Assembly: GCA_946619625.1 (NCBI GenBank)
Contig: CAMOMF010000084.1
Coordinates: 1-44,292 of the forward strand
Length of the DNA stretch: 44,292 bases
Origin: an uncultured Bacteroidales bacterium
GTDB lineage: Bacteria > Bacteroidota > Bacteroidia > Bacteroidales > Paludibacteraceae
Direction of reading: 5' to 3'
Under the pieces are notes generated by a model. It made no database searches and was not told the origin of the DNA. It worked only from the letters and a program-made list of their open reading frames with translations. Shown piece after piece: positions 15,824 through 25,400 of the stretch. How positions within the stretch are numbered: position 1 is the stretch's first letter; each line of letters begins with the position of its first letter. The translations under genes were made by a program, and so were the position numbers.

Positions 15824-18718
15824 ATGAAAAAACTATCCTTTTTAGCATGTGTCCTCGCAGCAGCAATGACGCTGCAGGCACAGTCCCTGGACAACGTACA
15901 GGGCACTTTCTCTTGGTTGGTCGGAAACGAAACCGATGCCACCGTGGCGGATGCGGTTGCTGAAGCCGTACAAGAGACCCGTGTCAATGTAGGTACGGAC
16001 CTGACCACCGGTACCAAAAGTGACTACGTTGCCAACAACGGCAACATGATGGTCACTTATCAGCCCGGAACAAGCAACCCGGGCGCAGTAGCTACAGACA
16101 TGATTGAGTACAGTGTGAAACTGAAGAAAGGGTTCACCCTGACCCTCACGGAGATCAGTTGCGATGCCCTGAAAGACGGTACGGACAACGCTTCATTCTC
16201 GTGGAGTTTCGTAGTGGATGGTGTGGAGAGCAGTATTGCCACCATTGACAAAGATCATCTGCTCCGCAACAACAATAGTAACAGCGCAACTGCGCAACTG
16301 CACCACGCAGAAAGCATTTCCGGTCATTCCGGTCGCACTATAGCCGTCCGTTTCTACGTGTCCGGTTTCGCCAACAACAAGAAGCTCGCCCTCTCCAATA
16401 TTCTTATCAAGGGCACCGTCAGCGGCGAACCCGTTGTGCGCACTTTCCAGGATTTCACCCTTGACTTGCGCGACCAGACATCTATAAATAACCTGCCCGC
16501 AGGAGTCACGCTCATGAACGAGCCCGGATACAACGGCGGACAACACGGCTACATGAACCCCATCTTCCAAGTAGTGGTGGACGGTCCGGTTCGCTTCAAG
16601 ATTGGCGGATGCGGATATAGCAACACCGACTGCACTATCTACGACGGCGAGACACTGCTGGCTACGCTGGATGTAAAAAGCGCAGGCTGCGACAACTCGA
16701 CAGGCTTCGACCACTACGTCACCTACGTCTATAACAGTGAGACACCTACCACCCTCACTATCAACGGCGCACAATACTGCCCCTTCATCATTGCCGAGGC
16801 GTGCGACCTCATCCCCCTTTGCTACGTCACCTACTACGATGTGGACGGCAAGACCATCCTTCGCAAAGACACCGTCGAGGGCAATAGTGCACTCACCTAC
16901 ACCGTACCTGACAGCCTCGTCACCGTACCCGAAGGATACGCGTTCCGCGGATGGTTCAACGCCACACAATCAACGGCAGTCAAAGTAGCCGAGGGCACCG
17001 CCATCCAGCAGGACCTTGCCCTATACGCCAAGGCTACACCTATCGAGGTCGTTACACCTACTGCCCGTTTCATCTACGACCTCACCAAAGCCAATTTCTA
17101 CGTTGAGGACCACGAGTGCATCAACATCACGGGCGGTAGTTGGCACGACGTACAGCACGGCTGGGCGTTCGGCAATGGCGGCACCATCAAACTGCCCGTT
17201 GCAGGCAAAGCGCTCATCACTATCGGCAACTGCAAGTACTCTAACGAAGCAGCCTACGCACTCGTCACCGACGCTAATGGAGCACAGATCGACTCTTTCG
17301 CTGTCAAGGTAGAAACCGACGGCGACGAGCACGTCATCCGTTATAATGGAGAAGCCACCGAACTGACCATCACCTTCAGTGGCACCACTTATGTACACAA
17401 AGTAACCATATACAACGTGGTCGATTTCGTGCAGTACGACGAAACCACCGGCTACTACATCATCCCCGCAGGTGACGCCAACTCGTTCCTACTTGCACTC
17501 ACCGAAGCCAACGGTACCGGCAACAGGAAAATCTTCCTTCCCAACGGACTATATGACCTCGGCGAACTGGTGCTGACCACTATCTCAGGCGATAACATCT
17601 CCATCATCGGCGAGTCCATGGATAACACCATCATCCGCAATGCTCCGTCCGTAGAGATAGAAGGCATAGGCACCACTGCCACCCTCCTCAACACCTCCAC
17701 AGGCCTCTACCTGCAAGACCTGACCCTGCAGAACGCACTCGACTACTACTCCAGCGGCTCTGCCGGACGCGCTGTCTGCCTGCAGGACAAGGGCTTACAG
17801 ACTATCTGCAAGAACGTACGCATGCTCTCCTACCAGGATACGTACTACAGCAACCGCGCCGGTGAGTTCTACTGGGAGGACGGCGAGATTCACGGTACTG
17901 TCGATTACCTCTGCGGCGATGGCAACGTGGTCATGAACCGCATGCTCTTCGTCAACGAGAGCCGCAGCAAATCAGGCAAGAGCGGTTCGGACGTCATCTG
18001 TGCGCCTAACTGCACCGCCACTACTCCCGCACGCGCCAATTGGGGGTATGTCTTCCTCGACTGCGCCGTTCGAAGCAATAGCAACGACTTCACCTATGCA
18101 CGCAGTTGGGGCGGCGAGTCCAAAGCTGCCTTCATACGCACCACTATCCTCGACGGCAGCCTCAACGACAGCCGCTTCACCGTGGCGGGTATGAACAACG
18201 CCGCCTACTCCTTCAAGGAGTACGGAACCATGGACTCAACCGGTGCCGTCATCTGCCCGAGTTCGAAGGTTATCAACTTCACACACAATTCCGGCAACAA
18301 CGAGTTCGAAACCATCCTCAGCACCGACGAAGCCGCTCAGTACACCGTTGCCAACATCTTCGGCGAATGGGCTCCCGACCAAATCGCAGGACAGAACTAC
18401 CCCACCGGCGTCATCCTTGCTGACGGCAACCTCAGTTGGACCGGCGAAGCCCAAGCATTCCTGGTAAACGTGGACGGCGAGCAGCAACTCATCGCCGGCG
18501 CAGGCAGCCTCTCCGTTGACACCAACGCCAAAGACATAACCGTCCGTGCAGCCAATGGTCGAGGTGGTTTCGGTCCCGCACTCAAACCCGGTGAGACCCA
18601 CGACGGACTGAACAACATACAATCTGCTGACAAGGCTTGCAAATTCATCGAGAACGGTCAGGTAGTCATCCTGCGCGACGGCGTCAAGTACAACACCCTC
18701 GGCACCGTTATCCGATAA
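15824..18718 (+). CDS. Large secreted multidomain pectin methylesterase (N-terminal beta-sandwich-like region, InlB B-repeat, CE8 domain)
   Basis: The ATG at 15824 lies in frame within ORF 15530..18718 and gives the signal peptide MKKLSFLACVLAAAMTLQAQ. CE8 motifs: SYQDTYYS, GTVDYLCGDG and YARSWGG. Flg_new/InlB-B-like segment: YVTYYDVDGKTILRKDTV...EGYAFRGWF. Confidence 0.8.
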   Translation: MKKLSFLACVLAAAMTLQAQSLDNVQGTFSWLVGNETDATVADAVAEAVQETRVNVGTDLTTGTKSDYVANNGNMMVTYQPGTSNPGAVATDMIEYSVKLKKGFTLTLTEISCDALKDGTDNASFSWSFVVDGVESSIATIDKDHLLRNNNSNSATAQLHHAESISGHSGRTIAVRFYVSGFANNKKLALSNILIKGTVSGEPVVRTFQDFTLDLRDQTSINNLPAGVTLMNEPGYNGGQHGYMNPIFQVVVDGPVRFKIGGCGYSNTDCTIYDGETLLATLDVKSAGCDNSTGFDHYVTYVYNSETPTTLTINGAQYCPFIIAEACDLIPLCYVTYYDVDGKTILRKDTVEGNSALTYTVPDSLVTVPEGYAFRGWFNATQSTAVKVAEGTAIQQDLALYAKATPIEVVTPTARFIYDLTKANFYVEDHECINITGGSWHDVQHGWAFGNGGTIKLPVAGKALITIGNCKYSNEAAYALVTDANGAQIDSFAVKVETDGDEHVIRYNGEATELTITFSGTTYVHKVTIYNVVDFVQYDETTGYYIIPAGDANSFLLALTEANGTGNRKIFLPNGLYDLGELVLTTISGDNISIIGESMDNTIIRNAPSVEIEGIGTTATLLNTSTGLYLQDLTLQNALDYYSSGSAGRAVCLQDKGLQTICKNVRMLSYQDTYYSNRAGEFYWEDGEIHGTVDYLCGDGNVVMNRMLFVNESRSKSGKSGSDVICAPNCTATTPARANWGYVFLDCAVRSNSNDFTYARSWGGESKAAFIRTTILDGSLNDSRFTVAGMNNAAYSFKEYGTMDSTGAVICPSSKVINFTHNSGNNEFETILSTDEAAQYTVANIFGEWAPDQIAGQNYPTGVILADGNLSWTGEAQAFLVNVDGEQQLIAGAGSLSVDTNAKDITVRAANGRGGFGPALKPGETHDGLNNIQSADKACKFIENGQVVILRDGVKYNTLGTVIR

Positions 18719-18727
18719 CACGCCCTC

Positions 18728-18790
18728 TCGAAATATCGAAATATCGACAACTCGGAATATCGAAATATCGACAACTCGACAACTCGAAAT
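18728..18790 (+). repeat. 24-bp tandem repeat built from 8-nt units (TCGAAATA / TCGACAAC) just after the stop codon
   Basis: tcgaaatatcgaaatatcgacaac tcggaatatcgaaatatcgacaac tcgacaac tcgaaat, starting 10 nt after the stop at 18716-18718. Confidence 0.85.
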
Positions 18791-18800
18791 TCTCAAAAAA

Positions 18801-18838
18801 AGGGCAGAAAAGTCGCACAAAACACACTTTTCTGCCCT
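18801..18838 (+). terminator. Stem-loop terminator (13-bp stem)
   Basis: agggcagaaaagt-cgcacaaaacac-acttttctgccct. Confidence 0.7.
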
Positions 18839-18865
18839 TAATCGTTACTTTTTTACCCAAAATAT

Positions 18866-18896
18866 TTGCACATGTCAAAAAAAAGCAGTACCTTTG
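18866..18896 (+). promoter_or_regulatory. Bacteroidetes-type promoter cassette for rplS
   Basis: ttgcacatgtcaaaaaaaagcagTACCTTTG, followed by CACCCG. Confidence 0.75.
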
Positions 18897-18900
18897 CACC

Positions 18901-19017
18901 CGATTTGGCGTACGCCTCTCGCTGAGCGTCCTTTTCCATATGCGCAAAAGGACAGCGTTTGAAGTGACGCGTACTGCTGCTAACAGCCTCGAGAGAGGCA
19001 ACTAAAGCTTTAGTAAA
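18901..19017 (+). promoter_or_regulatory. Structured ~117-nt 5' leader of rplS (possible L19 autoregulatory leader)
   Basis: Pairings visible by eye: gcctctcg (about 18918) with cgagagaggc (about 18990), and gtcctttt with aaaaggac around 18935-18960. Confidence 0.4.
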
Positions 19018-19374
19018 ATGGATCTGATTAAAATTGCAGAACAAGCTTTTGCCGGTGAGAAAAAAGAGTTTCCGGCATTTCAGGCTGGAGACACGGTAAC
19101 TGTTTCCTATCGTATCAAGGAAGGGGCGAAGGAGCGTATTCAGGACTTCCGCGGTGATGTCATTCGCATCTCCGGCGGCGAGGGTCGCAAGCGCTTCACC
19201 GTTCGCAAGATGTCCGGCAACGTCGGCGTAGAGCGTATCTTCCCGCTCGATAGTCCCTACATCGAGAACATCACCGTCAACAAGTACGGTAAGGTTCGCC
19301 GCTCTAAGTTGTACTACCTGCGCGACCTCACCGGAAAGAAAGCTCGTATCCCCGAGCGCGTTATCAAGAAGTGA
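19018..19374 (+). CDS. rplS: 50S ribosomal protein L19
   Basis: 118 aa. Diagnostic L19 sequence: FQAGDTVTVSYRIKEGAKERIQDFRGDVIRISGGEGRKRFTVRKMSGNVGVERIFPLDSP. Confidence 0.97.
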   Translation: MDLIKIAEQAFAGEKKEFPAFQAGDTVTVSYRIKEGAKERIQDFRGDVIRISGGEGRKRFTVRKMSGNVGVERIFPLDSPYIENITVNKYGKVRRSKLYYLRDLTGKKARIPERVIKK

Positions 19375-19384
19375 TTCTTGTAAC

Positions 19385-19412
19385 AAAAGGAGCGCCGCAA
19401 GGAGCTCCTTTT
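19385..19412 (+). terminator. Stem-loop terminator after rplS
   Basis: aaaaggagc-gccgcaagga-gctcctttt. Confidence 0.6.
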
Positions 19413-19443
19413 CATTTACCAATTATTAATTGTTAATTTTTAA

Positions 19444-21507
19444 TTGACCAACTTCGTCTTACATAGTGCCTACCACCCCACCGGCGACCAACCCGAAGCC
19501 ATCCGCCAACTCACGGAAGGTGTCCGGCAGGGAGCGCATGCGCAGACCCTGCTCGGCGTCACCGGTTCAGGCAAAACCTTCACCGTGGCAAACGTCATCC
19601 GCGAGGTCAACCGCCCCACACTCATCCTCTCCCACAACAAGACCCTCGCCGCACAACTCTATGCCGAGATGAAAGCGTTCTTCCCCGAGAACGCCGTCGA
19701 ATACTACGTCTCCTACTACGACTACTACCAACCCGAAGCCTACATCCCCTCCTCCGACACCTACATCGAGAAAGACCTCTCCATCAACGAAGAAATCGAC
19801 AAACTGCGACTCTCCGCCATCTCAGCGCTCCTCTCCGGCAGGCGCGACGTCATCATCGTCTCCTCTGTCAGCTGCATCTACGGCATCGGCAACCCGCAGG
19901 ACTTCTCGGGCAGCGCCATCACCGTGGACAAGCACACGCCCTTCAACCGCGACGAGTTCCTCCTCGCTCTCACCGCCTCACAGTACGTACGAAACGACCT
20001 GGAACTCACACGTGGCAAGTTCCGCGTCAAAGGCGACACCGTGGACATCTTCCTCTCCTACGCCGACTACTGCCTCCGCATCGTCTTCTGGGGAAACGAG
20101 ATTGACGAGATTTACACCTACGAGCCTTCCGACGGACATATGCTGGAGGAGTTCGACTACTACAACATCTTCCCCGCCTCACTCTTCGTCACCAACAAAG
20201 CACGCATCGAGAGCACTTTCGACCAAATACGGCACGACATGGACGAGCAGGTGCAGTGGTTCCTCTCCCAAGACAGACCCTTGGAAGCCAAACGCATCGA
20301 AGAGCGCGTACGATACGACCTCGAGATGATTCACGAACTTGGATACTGCTCCGGAGTGGAGAACTACAGCCGCTATTTCGATGGGCGCGAGCCGGGCAGC
20401 CGGCCTTTCTGCCTGTTGGACTATTTTCCCAAGGACATGCTCCTCGTCGTGGACGAGAGCCACGTCACCGTGCCCCAGATTGCCGGCATGTCAGGAGGCG
20501 ACAAAGCCCGCAAGGACAACCTCGTCTTCTACGGATTCCGGCTGCCCGCAGCACGCGACAACAGGCCTATGACATTCGCCGAATGGGAACAGTTCACCCA
20601 CCTTGACAACGAGGCGCTTGACCAACCCTCACAAATAAGCACGATCTTCGTCTCCGCCACACCTGCCGACTACGAACTGGAGAAATCCGGCGGCGTCATC
20701 GTCGAACAACTCATACGCCCCACCGGTCTGCTCGACCCCGAGATAGACGTACGCCCCACCAAGCACCAGGTGGACGACCTCATGGAAGAGATCCGGCAGC
20801 GCGTCGAAGTGGGAGAACGCGTACTCGTCACCACACTTACCAAGCGCATGGCGGAGGAACTGGACGAATACCTCCGCCGTTATGGCGTACGCGCCGCATA
20901 TATCCACTCCGACGTGGACACCATCGAGCGTATCCAAATCATGGACGACCTCCGAAAGGGCGTCTATGACGTACTCGTAGGCGTCAACCTCCTCCGTGAA
21001 GGACTCGACCTCCCGCAGGTGTCCCTCGTCGCCATCCTCGATGCCGACAAGTCCGGATTCCTACGCGACCACCGCTCACTCACGCAGACCGCAGGTCGGG
21101 CCGCCAGACACGAGCACGGCAAGGTCATTTTCTATGGCGACCATATCACTCCCGCCATGCGCCAGACAATCGAAGAGACCGCCCGCCGACGCGCTATTCA
21201 ACAAAAATACAACGAAGAACACCACATCACACCACATGCCGTGGGAGGAGCCGCCAACACCGGCAACCCCCTCTCCTCACTCAGCAAAGCCGCACAAGAG
21301 AACAAGCAGTACGAGGTCAAGAAACTCTACGAAGCGGTACAGACGCCTATCATCAACGCCATGTCGGAGAAAGAACTGCAGAAATCCATCACCCAGACCC
21401 GCAAGCAAATGCTACGCGCCGCCAAAGACCTCAATTTCATGGAAGCCGCACGCCTGCGAGACGACCTGCTACTCATGGAGGAACGTCTCAAAACACTCAC
21501 AAAGTGA
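19444..21507 (+). CDS. uvrB: Excinuclease ABC subunit B
   Basis: 687 aa with an apparent TTG start. Diagnostic sequence: HSAYHPTGDQPEAIRQL, LLGVTGSGKTF, YYVSYYDYYQPEAYIPSSDTYIEKD, and a C-terminal UVR motif (MEAARLRDDL). Confidence 0.97.
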   Translation: MTNFVLHSAYHPTGDQPEAIRQLTEGVRQGAHAQTLLGVTGSGKTFTVANVIREVNRPTLILSHNKTLAAQLYAEMKAFFPENAVEYYVSYYDYYQPEAYIPSSDTYIEKDLSINEEIDKLRLSAISALLSGRRDVIIVSSVSCIYGIGNPQDFSGSAITVDKHTPFNRDEFLLALTASQYVRNDLELTRGKFRVKGDTVDIFLSYADYCLRIVFWGNEIDEIYTYEPSDGHMLEEFDYYNIFPASLFVTNKARIESTFDQIRHDMDEQVQWFLSQDRPLEAKRIEERVRYDLEMIHELGYCSGVENYSRYFDGREPGSRPFCLLDYFPKDMLLVVDESHVTVPQIAGMSGGDKARKDNLVFYGFRLPAARDNRPMTFAEWEQFTHLDNEALDQPSQISTIFVSATPADYELEKSGGVIVEQLIRPTGLLDPEIDVRPTKHQVDDLMEEIRQRVEVGERVLVTTLTKRMAEELDEYLRRYGVRAAYIHSDVDTIERIQIMDDLRKGVYDVLVGVNLLREGLDLPQVSLVAILDADKSGFLRDHRSLTQTAGRAARHEHGKVIFYGDHITPAMRQTIEETARRRAIQQKYNEEHHITPHAVGGAANTGNPLSSLSKAAQENKQYEVKKLYEAVQTPIINAMSEKELQKSITQTRKQMLRAAKDLNFMEAARLRDDLLLMEERLKTLTK

Positions 21508-21560
21508 GTATTTTCCCGTCACACCCGCAGAAAAAGTGCACAAAAAGCACTTCTCGTACA

Positions 21561-21588
21561 AAAAAGGCGCAAAAAAGTGCCTTTTTTT
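21561..21588 (+). terminator. A/T-rich stem-loop after uvrB
   Basis: aaaaaggc-gcaaaaaagt-gccttttt, followed by tt. Confidence 0.45.
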
Positions 21589-21598
21589 ACGTAAATAC

Positions 21599-21629
21599 TT
21601 GCATATATGAAAAAAAAGTGTTATCTTTG
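21599..21629 (+). promoter_or_regulatory. Bacteroidetes-type promoter cassette for the toxin-antitoxin pair
   Basis: ttgcatatatgaaaaaaaagtgtTATCTTTG. Confidence 0.7.
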
Positions 21630-21654
21630 CGCCCAAAACCAAAATCGCAGACCT

Positions 21655-21990
21655 ATGACAGCATTGGCACAAAAAATTACCCAGACACCTCTCGCCCCCT
21701 ATGTGGGCTTGTTGATGTCCATGAGTCGAGAGGACAAGCAGATTGTCGTCACGTTTCTTTCTGAGTCAATGAACGAGTTAGAGGCAGAGTCCCGTGATGA
21801 TAACCCGTCGAAAGTGTCTCCACGCATCAAGTGGCAGGATATGCACATGCACAACACCCCAATATGGAACCCTACTGAAGAGTGGAACAAACTAACTGAT
21901 AAACAACGTGCACAGGCTGAAAAAATGAACTTACAATCCGATGATATGGACGAAAGAACTGTTGCCATCCTAAAAAAGTGGGTACCATGA
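21655..21990 (+). CDS. Putative antitoxin partner of the PIN toxin
   Basis: The ATG at 21655 lies in frame within ORF 21607..21990 and gives 111 aa. Its TGA stop overlaps the PIN start codon (ATGA at 21987-21990). Confidence 0.55.
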   Translation: MTALAQKITQTPLAPYVGLLMSMSREDKQIVVTFLSESMNELEAESRDDNPSKVSPRIKWQDMHMHNTPIWNPTEEWNKLTDKQRAQAEKMNLQSDDMDERTVAILKKWVP

Positions 21991-22403
21991 AACGAGTATT
22001 CCTTGACACGAATATTATGTTAGACTTGGCTGCACAGCGAGAGCATTACGATGAAGCCATCTCTATCCTTCACGGTGCATACGAAGATAAGTTCCAAATA
22101 TGTGCCAGCGTGCTTTCCTACGCAAATATTGCCTATATCCTACGTAAACTTCCCAAAGATAGATTATACCGACTTTTAGACCTTCTCCGAGAGGACATTC
22201 CTATGGTCGCGATAAGTCCTGCCGACGTGAATTATGCTATTGACCACCCTACACGAGATTTTGAAGATACATTGCAATACTTTTGCGCCAAGACTGCAGG
22301 GTGCGATACGATTGTTACAAGCAATACGAAAGATTTCTCCGAATTTCACGACATATCTATTCTTACGCCGGAACAATTTGTTGTGAGCGAAGAACTACGA
22401 TAA
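21987..22403 (+). CDS. PIN-domain ribonuclease toxin (VapC-like)
   Basis: MKRVFLDTNIMLDL carries the first acidic residue. Further conserved acidic and Thr/Asn positions occur in DFEDTLQY and DTIVTSNTKDF. Length is about 138 aa. Confidence 0.8.
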   Translation: MKRVFLDTNIMLDLAAQREHYDEAISILHGAYEDKFQICASVLSYANIAYILRKLPKDRLYRLLDLLREDIPMVAISPADVNYAIDHPTRDFEDTLQYFCAKTAGCDTIVTSNTKDFSEFHDISILTPEQFVVSEELR

Positions 22404-22443
22404 CTACAAACAAACCTAATATTCACTCAAAACACAAAACTGT

Positions 22444-25400
22444 ATGAAACGTTTTCTACTTTCTCTCACAGCCATGCTGGTGGTTATGGGATTGAATCTC
22501 GTAAACGCAAGCACTTGTGCTGACCTCAACGCCGTCACTTCCTCTTCTGGCGTCAGTTTCACCCTCGACCAGGTGACCGTGGTTTACGTCAAAGCACCTT
22601 ACATCTACGTTCAAGATGCTACCGGAACATCGCTCATCTATTCTAACTGGAATGCCTTCAAGCGCTTACAACCCGGCAACGTGGTCAGCAGCGTCACCGG
22701 TACGGCTAAACTGTACAGCAAGCTCCCCGAGCTGCAGCCCACAGACTCTATGCTCACAGTAGTGTCAGGCCCTGCACCCGCTATTCCGGACGCCACTGCC
22801 ACACCTACTACAGCTGACATCAACAAAGTATGCTGGTTCAGAGATGTGAACATGGGCGCACAGTCTTTCCCGTCCAACAAGGCACAAAACCTAACAGGCA
22901 CTTTCCCCGGCGGATCAGCTCTTTTCCGCAACGCATGGAAAGAAGCCTATCAGTTCGACTCCACCAAGACCTACGACATCTTAGGGTGTGTCGCTATTTA
23001 CAACACAACCATTCAGGTCTATGCCGCTCAAATTCTGGAGCATACAGAGGACCTGCATTCATCCATTACCGTTGGTGTTCAGAAACCTTCTGAATGGAAC
23101 GGATTGTATCTTCACTATTGGAACACGAGTCTTGGCTCTACCAACTGGCCCGGCGAGGCTGTAGCAGTAGATAGTTTGGGCTGGGCGTACTTCACGTTCC
23201 CCAACGACACTGCTATTAATTACATCTGGAACAGCGGAGACGGCACTCAGACCGTTAATTTGACAACCAACCGCTCTGTTTGCCAACGTTTATTGCCTCC
23301 ACAGCCGCACATCAGCAACTCGCAATACACGGCATTGGAAGTGGAGTGTGGTGCTTTGGATCAGCCTACTGACACTGTTACTCCGCAACCTGTGGATACC
23401 GTCACTCCGTTGCCGGCTAACTCCATCAACGTTGGTTTCCAAGCCAACAACTGGGAGAATCTCTATCTATACGCTTGGACTGAAGCAGGAGAACCGCTCG
23501 GTGGATGGCCGGGTATAGAGGTGCAAAGAGACAGCCTCGGATGGGGTTACTACACCTTCGACCTCGAGTCTGTCAATTATATTTGGAACGACTACGCCAA
23601 CCACAAACAAACGACTAATCTGGCAACTACAGAGTCGAAATGCGAGCGTGTAGGTAGTCTTCTTGATGACACACAGTACAATGCCGTATATGACGTCGAG
23701 GCTGTAGCCTGCGGCTCAGCTTGGCCCAGCGACACCGTCACTCCTACTCCGATAGATACTATTACGCCTACTCCAGTGGACACGACAGGTCATGACACTA
23801 TTCCTCAGCCGGTAGAAGGTTTTACCATTAAGCTCTTGGGTATGAGTGTACCGTCGAGTTGGAACGAGGTTCGTCTGTTCAGCTGGACCGCAGGTGTTGA
23901 CCCCGCATTGAGTACAGACTATGGTTTGGCACTCACCTTAGACTCGCTTGGCTGGTACAGTTACACGTTTGAGAATCTGCCAGTAGTGGACTTCCTCTTC
24001 AACAATGGTGCTTGGGGAGCAGGCAATCAGACTGTGGACGTCAAGGCTGCAGTTGACTTGTGCTTTGCGTTGGGTGATCCGAATACGACTGGAAACAATC
24101 ATTATCCTGTCATTGACGTAGATTGCATCCATCCGGATTCGATAACTCCGACTCCGGTAGATACGACGTCCAGTCATACTGTTTATCTGACAGATAACAT
24201 CACGCATGCTATTTTCGGGATGATTCAGGTTCCGTATGGTGGAACAGCCGTTCTGCCGATGGACAGCCTGCCCTATTACGAGGGTTATCACTTCGTATTC
24301 TGGGAGGGCCTGTATGATGGCAGCAATGTGATTGAGAATGTAACCAGTGACCTTTGGATGCAGGCGAAGTACTACATCACGCTGCCGGAACAACCGGTAA
24401 TAAGCGCTATTCCGGTTCGTCTGAAAGCATCGAGTGTTCCTCAGAGTTGGGAGCATGTATATGTCTATAGTTGGACCCAAGGAGCCATGAACGAGCCTTG
24501 GCCGGGTGCTGAGATGCGTTTGGACAGTACCGGTTGGTACACGTACAGATTCCCCGCAGGCGTTCAGAATATTGACCTCTTGTTCAACAACGGAGAGGGA
24601 AATGTAGGCAATCAGACTGTTGATGTTGACGATATCAATGGTGAGTACTGCTTCCGGATGGGACAGCCACTGGATTCAATAACCGGTTACCATATCGTCT
24701 ACCTTGCCGACTGCGAAGGTGTTGACACCATCGCTCCGCAGCCGCAACCCGAAGGTATCACCGTACGTCTCACAAAAGAAGACACCTACGGCGGCTGGTA
24801 CGGCACCTACTACGTGTATGCATGGCAGACCATCGACAGCGTGGACATTCCTATCCTGGGTGAATGGCCGGGCGTAGAAATGGCATTTGATAGCATCAGC
24901 GGCTTCTACTCCTACACCTTCGACGAACAGTATGACAACGTGAACATCGTCTTCAGTACCGAAAATGGCGTGCAGACGGATGACATCCGGGGTATCACGG
25001 AGGATGCCTGCTTCCAGGTGGGTCCCGGTATGGGTTGGCTCAACGGCATGTACGTGCACAACTATGTACAAGTATCTTGCGACCAGTCCATCCAATACCA
25101 TTTGGTTTACTTCTACGGCATCAACGGAGACTTCCTGGCAGTGGTTCGCGTAGCAGACGGCGAATCGGCAGAGGCACCCGTGGCTCCCGAAGTGACGGGT
25201 TACACCTTCATGGGTTGGAATCAGGACTTCAGCCACGTTACCGGGCAAATGAATGTTTATGCTGTTTATCAGTACAATGGTGCATCAGGTGACGGCATAA
25301 CGGTACGGCTCTTGTCTACCAACGGATACGGCTGGGAGAACATCTACCTCTACGCATGGACAAACACTGGCGAACCTCTCGGCAGTTGGCCGGGTACACT

